Shown piece by piece: positions 10,073 to 19,388 of a stretch of DNA of 64,000 bases. The stretch's first letter is position 1. The number at the start of each line of letters is the position of its first letter. The notes under the pieces are model-generated. The model was given only the letters and a program-made list of their open reading frames with translations. It was not told the DNA's origin and made no database searches. A program made the position numbers and the translations under genes. The stretch covers positions 4,290 through 68,289 of the forward strand of contig DYLZ01000001.1 in assembly GCA_020721775.1 (NCBI GenBank), read 5' to 3'. The stretch is from Sulfurovum sp. (GTDB lineage Bacteria; Campylobacterota; Campylobacteria; Campylobacterales; Sulfurovaceae).

Positions 10073-10418
10073 TGCAGTTATTCCTTTGTGAACACTTTGA
10101 GCAAATTTTTTGTTGCAATTCAATATTATTATTTATAAGTTTCAAAACTTCACATTTAACAGAATCTATATTTCTTGTACTGTATGCCACGCATACTCCT
10201 CTATTTTTTGCTTCTTGCTTATAGTGCAGCATTGCATTATGGTTAAGAAAATTTGTAAGCATTAATACCATGTCAATATTCTTTGGTATTTGTTTCGATT
10301 TCTTGCTTCCATTTTTTAAATTTCTTCCAGTCCAGTGAGTAACACTTGTTATACCAATATCGTATAATATACTTAAAATAGGATTTATCTTATCCCCGCC
10401 CAATATTAAAACTGACAT
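10056..10418 (-). CDS. DUF2325-like protein
   Basis: The pattern VLILGGD...H.TG.......IPK..DMVLMLTNFLNH......K..AK matches my recollection of DUF2325. Not verified by search. Confidence 0.6.
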   Translation of the reverse strand: MSVLILGGDKINPILSILYDIGITSVTHWTGRNLKNGSKKSKQIPKNIDMVLMLTNFLNHNAMLHYKQEAKNRGVCVAYSTRNIDSVKCEVLKLINNNIELQQKICSKCSQRNNCNEKAK

Positions 10419-10432
10419 TTTTCCCCTTTATT

Positions 10433-10609
10433 TTAATTTGTCTCTTTTATTATATTTTTTGTTAGATTTACAATATATTGCTTGTCTAACTTCATATGCC
10501 TCATTTTTATTATTCTTGCAATTGAATAAATAGCTTTTTCATTTGCCCTTGTATAACCATTTACCATTTGTCTTATTTCCATTTTGATTTCACATTCACT
10601 CATATTCAT
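10433..10609 (-). CDS. small hypothetical protein (58 aa), not in the supplied ORF track
   Basis: Hand translation gives MNMSECEIKMEIRQMVNGYTRANEKAIYSIARIIKMRHMKLDKQYIVNLTKNIIKETN. AAAGG lies directly upstream of the ATG. The stop is 14 nt before the DUF2325-like start. Confidence 0.5.
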   Translation of the reverse strand: MNMSECEIKMEIRQMVNGYTRANEKAIYSIARIIKMRHMKLDKQYIVNLTKNIIKETN

Positions 10610-10615
10610 CCTTTA

Positions 10616-10711
10616 TGATAATAGTTATCAAATAGTATCATTTAAAAACTTAAATTTCTATTAATTTGATAATCATTTTCAATTAAATAATGAATTGATA
10701 ATAATTTTTAA
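10616..10711. promoter_or_regulatory. three Fur-box-like sites (7-1-7 type) in the cassette/rnpB divergent spacer
   Basis: TGATAATAGTTATCA (10616-10630), TGATAATCATTTTCA (10667-10681) and TGATAATAATTTTTA (10697-10711), compared with TGATAAT-N-ATTATCA. Confidence 0.5.
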
Positions 10712-10732
10712 AAAATACGGTATAATTCCACA

Positions 10733-11068
10733 GGCGCGATAGGTAGTTGCCGGTGAATTTTTCACGGGAGGAAAGTCCGAGCTACACAGAGACAAGACTC
10801 CACCTAACGGGTGGCCGGAGTAATCCGAGGGCAAGTGCAACAGAGAGAAGACTACCGCTTTGGCGGTAAAAGGTGAAAGGGTGGGGTAAGAGCCCACCAG
10901 TGGTTATGGTAACATAGCTAGCTAGGTAAACCCTGTCTGTAGCAAGAAGTACATGGTAAAAGTCTCTAATTTGGCAGTAATGCCAAAATAGTACTTCGCT
11001 TGAGCATTGTAGCGATACAACGCCTAGATAAATAACTACCCACGACAGAACTCGGCTTATTTCGCGCC
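10733..11068 (+). ncRNA. rnpB: RNase P RNA (bacterial type A)
   Basis: GGAGGAAAGTCCGAGC (P4 5' strand) and ACAGAACTCGGCTTA (P4 3' strand). The termini GGCGCGA/TCGCGCC pair. TATAAT at 10721-10726. Confidence 0.93.
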
Positions 11069-11151
11069 TAACTTTTTCAAAATAACTTACATAAAAATCT
11101 TTAAATTAAGCAAACAAAATATAATATAACCAAAATTTTAAAAGGTACAAA

Positions 11152-12936
11152 ATGCAACACACAGCCTGCGCTTTAGACTGTTATGACGGATGTGCCATTG
11201 TTTACGATAATTATAAAATAAGCGGTGATAATGAGCACCCTTTTACGCAAGGTTCACTCTGCACAAATATAAACTCAAATATACAAAAAGCATCACGCAT
11301 AACAACACCTATGATAAACGGTAAAGCCGTGAGCATGAAAGAAGCGCTGGAATATGCCGCGAAGATCATAAATGATAAAACTCTGCTTTGGAGAGGCAGC
11401 GGCAATGTGGCTGTTATGCAAGAGATAACAAATCTTTTAATGGATAAGGTCGGAGGAACGCTCACTAAGGGCTCTTTGTGTGATGGCGCCGGAGATGCCG
11501 GAATTGTAGAGGGTAGAGGAATCAATCTAACCTTGCCCGCAGAGCAGATAGCAAAGAGTGAAGTAGTAGTAGTTTGGGGAAAGAATATAACCGTAACAAA
11601 TAGACATCTTTTGCCTTTTATAAAGGATAAAAAACTTATAGTAATAGATCCTATAAGAACAAAAATAGCCAAAAATGCCGATCTGCATATTCAGATAGCT
11701 CCTAGAAGTGATATCTATCTTGCAATTTTGCTTGCTAGGTTTATCTTTATGGAAGAGCTGTATGATAATGAATGGTTGGAAAAATTTTCGAGCGATTATA
11801 AAGAATATTATGACTTTGTGAGAGAATTTCGCATAAAAGCTCTTTTGGCGCTTGTGGACATAAATCTTGATACTATCGGTAAGTTGTTATCTCTCATAGA
11901 GGGTAAAAAAGTTGTTTTTTTAGTAGGCGCCGGAGTGCAAAGATACTCCATCGGAAACGAAGTTTTAAGAGCGATCGATGCAGTTGCAGCGCTGCTTGGA
12001 CTTTTTGGCAAAGAGGGATGCGGAGTAAGTTTTTTAGGTGATTCTAAGCTTGGATTTAAAAACCCGTTTGCCGTTAACCTAAAAAGAGTTTCAAAAGTAA
12101 ATACCCCATTTGATAATTTTGATACTGTTTTAGTACAAGGCGGTAATCCATGTGAATCTATACCAAATACAAATGAAGTTATAAAAAGATTTGAAAATGT
12201 AAAAAATGTAATATATTTTGGGTTATATGAAAATGAAACTTCAAGAAGAGCAAATGTCATAATTCCCGCAAAGAACTTTTTTGAAAAAAATGATGTAAGA
12301 TTAAGCTATGGTCATAGTTATATATCAAAAATAAATAAAATAAAAGAGTGTGATTTTGGTATCAGCGAATATGATTTTACAAAAGAGCTTTTTAGACTAA
12401 AAGGATTTGACAACTTAGAAAGCGAAGAGTATTATCTAAGCTTTTGGCTGGATCAATGCGAACAAAAAGAAAATATGCTTATATCAAAAGCGTATAGAGA
12501 ACTTCCGTATGAGAATGGTTTTGGCGAAAACGAAGATGAAGAGTTTGTTTTTTTAGATGATCATGATGATGATTTTGTCGATAGAAAAAAACTTAGATGC
12601 TCAGGAGGATATAAAAATTTATCAAATGACAAGAACTCTTTTTGGCTGGTGAACAGTAAATCAAATGATTCTTTAAATACCCAATTTGAAAGAAATGATA
12701 AAATATCGGTGCATCCGAGTTTAGGATTTTTGGACGATGAAGAGGTGTTGGTAGTTTCAGAATTTGGTAAAATAAAATTAAAGGTAAAAAACAGCAAGGA
12801 TATAAGAGTCGATTGCGTGAAGATAACGGCAAATACTATAGGTTTAAACAAGCTAACTCCGCCAATCATATCAAATGAGGGACATAACGCTTGTTATGGA
12901 GAAGTAAAGGTATCACTGTCTAAAGTGTTGATATAA
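11152..12936 (+). CDS. molybdopterin-dependent oxidoreductase family protein (MopB superfamily), cytoplasmic
   Basis: N-terminal Fe-S motif CALDCYDGC. The length and layout are MopB-like, with no Tat signal. The substrate cannot be assigned. Confidence 0.7.
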   Translation: MQHTACALDCYDGCAIVYDNYKISGDNEHPFTQGSLCTNINSNIQKASRITTPMINGKAVSMKEALEYAAKIINDKTLLWRGSGNVAVMQEITNLLMDKVGGTLTKGSLCDGAGDAGIVEGRGINLTLPAEQIAKSEVVVVWGKNITVTNRHLLPFIKDKKLIVIDPIRTKIAKNADLHIQIAPRSDIYLAILLARFIFMEELYDNEWLEKFSSDYKEYYDFVREFRIKALLALVDINLDTIGKLLSLIEGKKVVFLVGAGVQRYSIGNEVLRAIDAVAALLGLFGKEGCGVSFLGDSKLGFKNPFAVNLKRVSKVNTPFDNFDTVLVQGGNPCESIPNTNEVIKRFENVKNVIYFGLYENETSRRANVIIPAKNFFEKNDVRLSYGHSYISKINKIKECDFGISEYDFTKELFRLKGFDNLESEEYYLSFWLDQCEQKENMLISKAYRELPYENGFGENEDEEFVFLDDHDDDFVDRKKLRCSGGYKNLSNDKNSFWLVNSKSNDSLNTQFERNDKISVHPSLGFLDDEEVLVVSEFGKIKLKVKNSKDIRVDCVKITANTIGLNKLTPPIISNEGHNACYGEVKVSLSKVLI

Positions 12937-12962
12937 TTATAAAAAACAAAAGAGAAAATAAG

Positions 12963-14153
12963 ATGACATTAGAAGAATTAGATAAAAAATATGTTTTGCA
13001 AACCTATGCAAGAGATTATACAAATTTCACATATGGCGTAGGTTCTACACTTTATGATGATGGCGGCAAAGATTATATAGATTTTGCAAGCGGAATAGGC
13101 GTAAACAGTGTTGGGCATGGCAATGAAAAGCTTGCAAATACCATCTGTGAGCAGGCAAAAAAGATTATACATATATCAAATTTGCAAGTAATTGAGCCGC
13201 AAGCTAAATTGGCGCAAAAGATATCTGAACTTTACGGTGAGGATGTGGGAATATTCTTTTCAAACTCCGGAGCAGAGGCAAATGAAGGCGCTATAAAGCT
13301 GGCTAGAAAATACGGTGAAATTAAATTTGATAAAAAAAGATACAAGATCATAACACTTGAAAACTCTTTTCACGGCAGAACTCTCGCAACAGTAAAAGCG
13401 ACAGGGCAGGATAGTTTTCATCCATCATGTTTTGCGCCTTATATCGAGGGTTTTTCGTGCATTCAAAGCTTGAAAGATATCGAAAATGCGATAGATGATG
13501 AAACAGTTGCGGTTATGATAGAGCTTATAAAAGGCGAGGGCGGTGTTGCTGAGCTGCCTCGTGATGAAGTAGAGCATTTATCAAAAGTTTTAAAAGAAAA
13601 AGATATCTTGCTTATAGTCGATGAAGTTCAAACCGGAGTTTTTAGAAGCGGAGAGTTTTTAGCTTCACAAATTTACGGCATCAAACCCGATATCATAACA
13701 TTAGCCAAAGGACTTGGAGGCGGTGTGCCGATAGGCGCCGTTGTAACTCCTCACAAAGATATATTTACAGCAGGCGATCATGGAAGTACATTCGGTGGAA
13801 ACTACCTGAGTACCGCAGCAGGTAACGCAACACTTGAAATATTAGAAAATATTAAAAATAGCGGGCAACTTGACGCTACAATAGTTTACTTTGAAGAAAA
13901 ATTAAATGAAGTAATAAAAGCCAACCAAGATAAATTTGATAGTGTTACCGGGATAGGGCTTATGAGAGGACTGAAAGCAAAGAGCGCAGAGATACAGATC
14001 AAAACTATTAAGCAAGCGATGAAAGAAGGCGTGATAGTGTTAAAATCCGGCAATAATACCGTTAGATTTCTGCCAAGTCTTACTATCACAAAAGATGAGA
14101 TAGATGAAGGTTTTGTACGACTAAACAGGGCTTTAAAATTATATGAATTTTAG
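12963..14153 (+). CDS. argD: acetylornithine aminotransferase (class III PLP aminotransferase)
   Basis: Class III aminotransferase pattern (SGAEANEGAIKLARK, DEVQTG, TLAKGLGGG). Confidence 0.85.
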   Translation: MTLEELDKKYVLQTYARDYTNFTYGVGSTLYDDGGKDYIDFASGIGVNSVGHGNEKLANTICEQAKKIIHISNLQVIEPQAKLAQKISELYGEDVGIFFSNSGAEANEGAIKLARKYGEIKFDKKRYKIITLENSFHGRTLATVKATGQDSFHPSCFAPYIEGFSCIQSLKDIENAIDDETVAVMIELIKGEGGVAELPRDEVEHLSKVLKEKDILLIVDEVQTGVFRSGEFLASQIYGIKPDIITLAKGLGGGVPIGAVVTPHKDIFTAGDHGSTFGGNYLSTAAGNATLEILENIKNSGQLDATIVYFEEKLNEVIKANQDKFDSVTGIGLMRGLKAKSAEIQIKTIKQAMKEGVIVLKSGNNTVRFLPSLTITKDEIDEGFVRLNRALKLYEF

Positions 14154-15126
14154 CAGTTATATGCATGAGTGGCTTTACGGAAAAAATGGCTATTACAGCA
14201 GTTTCAAAACCATAGGTAAAGAGGGCGATTTTTATACTGCTGTGAGCAGCAGCAGATTTTTCGGCGCAAGTATAGCCAATTTTCTAATCAAACTTATAGA
14301 CCAAGATGACTCAAAAAAAACAGGATATCTTGTAGAGATAGGCGCTCATAGAGGGTATCTTATCTGTGATATGATACAGTGGATATACAGTGTAAAACCT
14401 GCTCTTCTTGAAACTCTTAAATTTGCCATCATAGAAAAACATCCGCAAGTTATAGAGGAACAAAAATCATATATTTATAGCAGATTTGGCAATGATGTTA
14501 AAGTAGAGCATTTTAGCTCTATAAAAGATATTAAAACAGATTATGCTTTTGTGGTTTCAAATGAGATATTTGACGCATTTCCTTGTGAGCTTTACATGGA
14601 TGAAAAAATTGCAACTGTGGATGATCACAAAATATCATGGATAGAGGCACCTGCTGATATGATAGAGTGGAGCAAAAAACACCGCCTGACAAAAGGAGAA
14701 ATTGCAGTCGGATATGAAGAGTTTGCAAGTGAATTTTACAACTTGCCCAAATGCGATTTTGTATCATTTGACTATGGAGAAAAGTATATAAGGAATGATT
14801 TTTCTGCCAGAATATATAAAGAACACAAAACCTATCCATTGTTTGATGAAAATATAAAGATAGAAGATCTTTTTGGAAACTCTGATATAACATATGATGT
14901 AAATTTTACTCATGTTATAGAGGCTTTTGAAGATAACGGATTTAAGCTTGTCTCATTTCAAACACAAGCAAGGGCTTTGATAGAGTTTGGCATCATAGAT
15001 TTGCTGGAGCAATTTGCAAGGCAGACAACAAAAGAAAGATATATAAGTGAAGCAAGCAAGATAAAAACTCTCATTTCACCTACTATCATGGGGGATAAGT
15101 TTAAAATGCTACACTTATCAAAATGA
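14143..15126 (+). CDS. SAM-dependent methyltransferase, DUF185/MidA (NDUFAF7-like) family
   Basis: N-terminal YM..WLYGKNGYY and the overall layout are typical of DUF185. It overlaps argD by 11 nt. Confidence 0.7.
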   Translation: MNFSSYMHEWLYGKNGYYSSFKTIGKEGDFYTAVSSSRFFGASIANFLIKLIDQDDSKKTGYLVEIGAHRGYLICDMIQWIYSVKPALLETLKFAIIEKHPQVIEEQKSYIYSRFGNDVKVEHFSSIKDIKTDYAFVVSNEIFDAFPCELYMDEKIATVDDHKISWIEAPADMIEWSKKHRLTKGEIAVGYEEFASEFYNLPKCDFVSFDYGEKYIRNDFSARIYKEHKTYPLFDENIKIEDLFGNSDITYDVNFTHVIEAFEDNGFKLVSFQTQARALIEFGIIDLLEQFARQTTKERYISEASKIKTLISPTIMGDKFKMLHLSK

Positions 15127-15162
15127 TAAAAATTAAAATAATTACAGAGCAAAGGTTAAAAG

Positions 15163-15363
15163 ATGAAAATAACGGTTAACGGTGAGGCAAAAGAGTTTCA
15201 AGATGGCGTTACGATAGAAAAAATTATAGAATTGCTCGATATCAAAGTCGGTGTTATGGCGGCTGCTGTCAATATGGAGATAGTGAAAAAAGATGAATGG
15301 GGTAGTTTTAAGCTATCTGAAAATGATAAAGTAGAGTTGTTGCAATTTGTAGGTGGCGGCTAA
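15163..15363 (+). CDS. thiS: sulfur carrier protein ThiS
   Basis: 66 aa with a beta-grasp-like sequence ending in GG(G). Confidence 0.75.
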   Translation: MKITVNGEAKEFQDGVTIEKIIELLDIKVGVMAAAVNMEIVKKDEWGSFKLSENDKVELLQFVGGG

Positions 15364-15397
15364 TTATTCCCGTCATTCCCACAAAGACAGAAAACCG

Positions 15398-15550
15398 GTC
15401 ATCGCGAACGAAGTGTGGCGATCCATAAAGAAGAGTGGACTGACACAACTTTGGCAAGTCTCGCCTTGTTTTGGTATCTTTTTTCTTTAGCTACTTTTTT
15501 ATAAAAGCAGCACAAAAAGCACAAACACTCAGAGTTCACTTCGTTCGTAT
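15398..15550. repeat. REP-like short palindromic elements in inverted orientation (shared core CGAACGAAGTG)
   Basis: ATCGCGAACGAAGTGTGGCGATCC at 15401-15424 and CACTTCGTTCG at about 15536-15546. A related copy, GGATACCATCACTTCGTTGAAGAT, lies at 6791-6814. Confidence 0.55.
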
Positions 15551-15609
15551 GATGCTTCGTGTTTGCAGTTATTTAAAATTTCATACAAACTCACACTCAC
15601 ACAGATTAA

Positions 15610-15960
15610 CTATTCATCAATAACCACAACAGCAATGGCAAATCCACCATCGTGGCTAATCGATAGGGAACTTTTTTGGATAAGAAATCTCTCTTGTGCT
15701 TGAGGGCTTAGCTCAAAGCATGGAGCGCCTTTAGAATTTTTAGTGATGATGATGTCATGAAATCCCAGCTCACCGCCTATGCCACACCCAAATGCTTTAC
15801 TTATGGCTTCTTTTGCTGCCCAAAATCCGGCTACGCTTGCGCTGTTTTTTGCCAATGCTATCTCGTCCTCATTTAAAAACCTCTCTTTAAATGTATTTCC
15901 ATGCTTTTCTATGGCTTTTTCTATGCGGCTAATCGCAATAATATCTGTTCCTATTTTCAT
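15610..15960 (-). CDS. acpS: holo-[acyl-carrier-protein] synthase
   Basis: MKIGTDII..SRI start, 116 aa, typical AcpS. Confidence 0.9.
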   Translation of the reverse strand: MKIGTDIIAISRIEKAIEKHGNTFKERFLNEDEIALAKNSASVAGFWAAKEAISKAFGCGIGGELGFHDIIITKNSKGAPCFELSPQAQERFLIQKSSLSISHDGGFAIAVVVIDE

Positions 15961-15981
15961 AGGTATTAGTTTAGCATAAAA

Positions 15982-17331
15982 CTACTCAAACATCCATTCG
16001 ACTACTTTGGCGACATCTTCGGCAATGAAGCATTTGATCTGTGTATCTTCAAGAGGTTTTGCAGGGATGATGGCTTTGGAAAATCCTTGAGTTTGCATCT
16101 CTTTTAATCTTAGTGAGAGATTGCTCACATCTCGTATCTCGCCTGTGAGGCTCACTTCTCCCAAAAATACGGTTTTAGAGCTCAACTCACGGTTGCGGTA
16201 ACTGCTCAAGATCGCTGCAATGACTGCTAAGTCTGCACTTGGTTCATTTATCTTAATCCCGCCACTTACATTAATATATACATCATAAGTCCCTAAAGGC
16301 AGATCAAGTTTCTTTTCTAAAAGCGCCAAAAGCATAGATAAACGGTTATTATCAAATCCCGTAGAGCTTCGTCTAGCACCCCCGTAACTTTCAGCTACAA
16401 GCGCTTGTATCTCTACTACGATAGGGCGGCTGCCTTCTAGCAGGATAGTAAGAGCTGAGCCTGCTTGAAGTTTTGACTTGTTATAAAACTTACTTCCAAT
16501 TGTTTTGGCATCATTTAAGCCGTTTTTATTCATTTCAAATATTCCAACCTCATTGGTAGAGCCAAAGCGATTTTTGAATCCTCTGAGCAGTCTTAATTCG
16601 CTGTTACTATCTCCTTCAAAATACAAAACAGTATCTACCATATGCTCTAGTACTCTAGGGCCCGCTATAGAGCCGTCTTTAGTAATGTGTCCGATGATAA
16701 ATATAGGTATATTTTGGCTTTTTGCTATCCGCATAAGCTCAAATGTTACGCTTCTTACCTGCGCCACAGACCCGGGAGAAGATGGGAGCTCATCGCTGTA
16801 TAATGTTTGAATGGAATCAATAACTATAAAACTATACTCTTTTTGGATAATTTCGCTTAAAATATTTGAGAGATTTATCTCACTAAGTAGAAATAGATGT
16901 TCGCTATTTGCATCCAGCCTGTCGGCTCTTAACTTTATCTGCCCTAAGGACTCTTCGCCGGATACATACAAAACATCTTTTTTATTTTTGGCAATATTGC
17001 CTGCTATTTTGAGAAGCAGGGTGGATTTGCCAATGCCCGGACTTCCTCCTATGAGTGTTAGTGAGCCTTGTACTATGCCTCCGCCAAGAACTAGGTCAAG
17101 CTCACTGCTTCCGCTTACAAATCTATGAAATTCGTCTTGGACTATGTCTGTAATCGGCATAGCTTTTGGGCTGTAAGATGATGAGGATGAAATCTCTTTT
17201 AGTATCTCTATTTGTGCTGAGCTTAGCTCCATCATACTATCCCATGTGCCGCAATTGGTACATTTGCCCATCCATCTCGGGCTTTGAAATCCGCATGATT
17301 GACACTCAAATAAAGTTTTTTTCTTTGCCAT
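15982..17331 (-). CDS. radA: DNA repair protein RadA/Sms
   Basis: N-terminal CxxC zinc finger, Walker A GGSPGIGKST, KNRFG motif and a Lon-like C-terminal domain. Confidence 0.95.
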   Translation of the reverse strand: MAKKKTLFECQSCGFQSPRWMGKCTNCGTWDSMMELSSAQIEILKEISSSSSYSPKAMPITDIVQDEFHRFVSGSSELDLVLGGGIVQGSLTLIGGSPGIGKSTLLLKIAGNIAKNKKDVLYVSGEESLGQIKLRADRLDANSEHLFLLSEINLSNILSEIIQKEYSFIVIDSIQTLYSDELPSSPGSVAQVRSVTFELMRIAKSQNIPIFIIGHITKDGSIAGPRVLEHMVDTVLYFEGDSNSELRLLRGFKNRFGSTNEVGIFEMNKNGLNDAKTIGSKFYNKSKLQAGSALTILLEGSRPIVVEIQALVAESYGGARRSSTGFDNNRLSMLLALLEKKLDLPLGTYDVYINVSGGIKINEPSADLAVIAAILSSYRNRELSSKTVFLGEVSLTGEIRDVSNLSLRLKEMQTQGFSKAIIPAKPLEDTQIKCFIAEDVAKVVEWMFE

Positions 17332-17501
17332 GACTACTCCTTGTTATGATGAGATTATAGGATAAAAAATAAAAATGATGTAAAAATATGTCAAAATGTA
17401 AGATTTATTTGCAACGCATGAGCAATGTGTTATTACAATATATGGATAACTTTATGCTTTTAAAAGATACAATATAGTAATTAATTTAGGGTTGGCTGTT
17501 T

Positions 17502-17741
17502 ATGGTATTTAGTGAATCAGATACTCGCTCAAAACTTATCGATCCAAAGATCAAAGAGAACGGGTGGAGTGAATCCCATATCGTCAGAGAATATTATTTT
17601 ACTGATGGACGCAAGTTAATAGGCAGCAAAAGAGGCAAGCAATATTTTGTCGATTATCTACTTACACATAAAAATACCAATTTAGCAATTATCGAAGCAA
17701 AAGCAGAAAATAAAACAGATAAGATGATAGTAAAAAGGTAA
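17502..17741 (+). pseudogene. N-terminal stub of a type I restriction enzyme R subunit (HsdR_N-like)
   Basis: SE.DTRSKLIDPKI...GW......REYYFTDGR...DYLL...LAIIEAKA is the usual HsdR N-terminal nuclease-domain start. The ORF stops after 79 aa. Confidence 0.6.
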
Positions 17742-17750
17742 AGGCACAAA

Positions 17751-19095
17751 ATGAAAAAAAATATTATCCAAGAACAAAGCATCAATGACAAAAACTACCA
17801 AAAACTCAAAGAGCTTTTTCCTCATGCCGTAAGTCTCGATGAAGATGGTAAATACATCATCGATCCCCAAAAGTTGCAGATGAGCTTAGACCCCTCACTT
17901 GCCCAGATAAAAGAGAATGGGTATGGGCTTAACTGGGTTGGCAAAAAAGAGACGTATCACCGTGCATTTACCAAAAACTACAAATCATAATCTTGAGAAA
18001 CCCCAAATGAAACATCACTTTTTGCTGTTCTTTTTTTCGAAGGGAACAATGCAACAAAATTCCCCTCGATTATGGAGTATTACTAAAGATACATTTGATG
18101 ATTATTATAAAAAGGGGAAAATTGTTTTTCCTGATGATTATAACTTTTTAAATATTTCAATTCCAGCATATCGTGTTTTTGAAAGTGAAGACAAATTAAA
18201 AGCTTTAAAAAAATATGGTAGTGAGATAGGAATTAAAGCAGCAAGTACTTTTTTAGATAAATATGTAGGTATGACACAGGATGGAAATAAGGATATGATA
18301 GATATATTTGGAAAAGTTTTATTTAGTTTTCCAAAACCTACTTCTCTAATTACTCATTTCTTAAAAATAATAAACGATAAAAATGCAGTTGTCCTAGATT
18401 TCTTTGCAGGAAGCGGAACAACAGCTCATGCGGCTATGGATTTAAATGCCAAAGACGGCGGAAACCGTAAGTTTATCTGTGTGCAGTGGGCAGAGGAGAC
18501 ACCAGAGAAAAGTGAAGCACGAAAAGCGGGGTATGAGACTATTTTTGATATCACCAAAGAACGGATAAAAAGAGCGGGGGAGAATATATTGGGAAGTGAG
18601 GCTTTAGCCTCACCTAAAAGTGCGGGACTGAAGTCCCACCTCCGAAATAGTGACAATCTTTTTGGCGGGACTGAAGTCCCACTTCCGTTAGATATCGGTT
18701 TTCGTACTTTTGAAGTGGTAGAAGATGCCAAACAAAAAATCTATCAAAAATCACTAGAAGAGGTAAGTCAAGAGGACTTAGTGGCTATGATGGAAAAACC
18801 TAATATTTCATCCAACGAAGAGATACTTTACAATCTTTTTGTAGCAGAGGCTTTACCGCTTAGCGCAAAACATCAAGAGCTTATAAAAGATAAATTTTAT
18901 TTGGCTTCAAATGTAGCGTTTATTCTTGAAGATATCACATCCGATGAGTTAGTTGAAGCTTTAAAAGATAAAAAAGAGTGTGAATACATAACTGTCTATA
19001 GTCCAAATATCAGCAATGACAAGTTTACGCTTGAAATTGAGAGTAATATAAGCAAACTGGGTATCAAACCCGATAAACTAAGGTTTAGGGGATAA
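17751..19095 (+). pseudogene. mod: type III (beta-class N6-adenine) DNA methyltransferase Mod, internally deleted and frame-broken
   Basis: The N-terminal piece ends ...YGLNWVGKKE (17751-17990). The second piece, in another frame, carries F.FPKP and DFFAGSGTTAHA plus a Mod-type C-terminus. I cannot find a DPPY catalytic motif or a target-recognition region. Confidence 0.7.
18622..18687. repeat. two 23-nt palindrome-containing direct repeats, 43 nt apart, inside the mod remnant
   Basis: GCGGGACTGAAGTCCCAC[C/T]TCCG at 18622-18644 and 18665-18687. Each contains GGGACT-GA-AGTCCC. Confidence 0.7.
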
Positions 19096-19097
19096 AG

Positions 19098-19388
19098 ATG
19101 AAAAAAGAGGAAATATTAGATTATCTTAAAAAGCACAAAAATGAGTTTGCCACAAAGTACCAAATTACCAAACTTGCTCTTTTTGGCTCAGTTGCAAGAG
19201 ATGAAAGCCATGAAAATAGCGATATTGATATAGCTATTGATACAAAACTAAGTGATTATTTTTTGCTTTATGATTTTAAAGAGAGTTTGGAAAAAGCATT
19301 TGGTGCAAAGGTGGATATCGTAAGAGTTAGAGACAAGATGAGCCCTTCTTTAAAAAAACATATTTTAAAGGATGGCATCTATGTATGA
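19098..19388 (+). CDS. MNT-type nucleotidyltransferase antitoxin (MntA-like)
   Basis: LFGSVARDE....SDIDI motif (GSxxR...SDxD), 96 aa. Confidence 0.85.
   Translation: MKKEEILDYLKKHKNEFATKYQITKLALFGSVARDESHENSDIDIAIDTKLSDYFLLYDFKESLEKAFGAKVDIVRVRDKMSPSLKKHILKDGIYV

Noticed and set aside
11211-12260. Long antisense ORFs inside clear genes (for example 11211-11672 and 11808-12260 minus; also 23090-23560, 28762-29187, 45852-46244 and 56958-57392).
   Set aside because: All lie opposite well-supported genes, have no ribosome-binding sites or recognisable motifs, and have the low-complexity Ser/Leu/Phe-rich composition typical of shadow ORFs.
18622-18687. Possible degenerate CRISPR array (two 23-nt repeats with a 20-nt spacer).
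   Set aside because: There are only two repeats, the spacer is far shorter than real CRISPR spacers, there are no cas genes in the window, and the sequence lies in frame inside a mod remnant. It is better explained as a small palindromic insertion.
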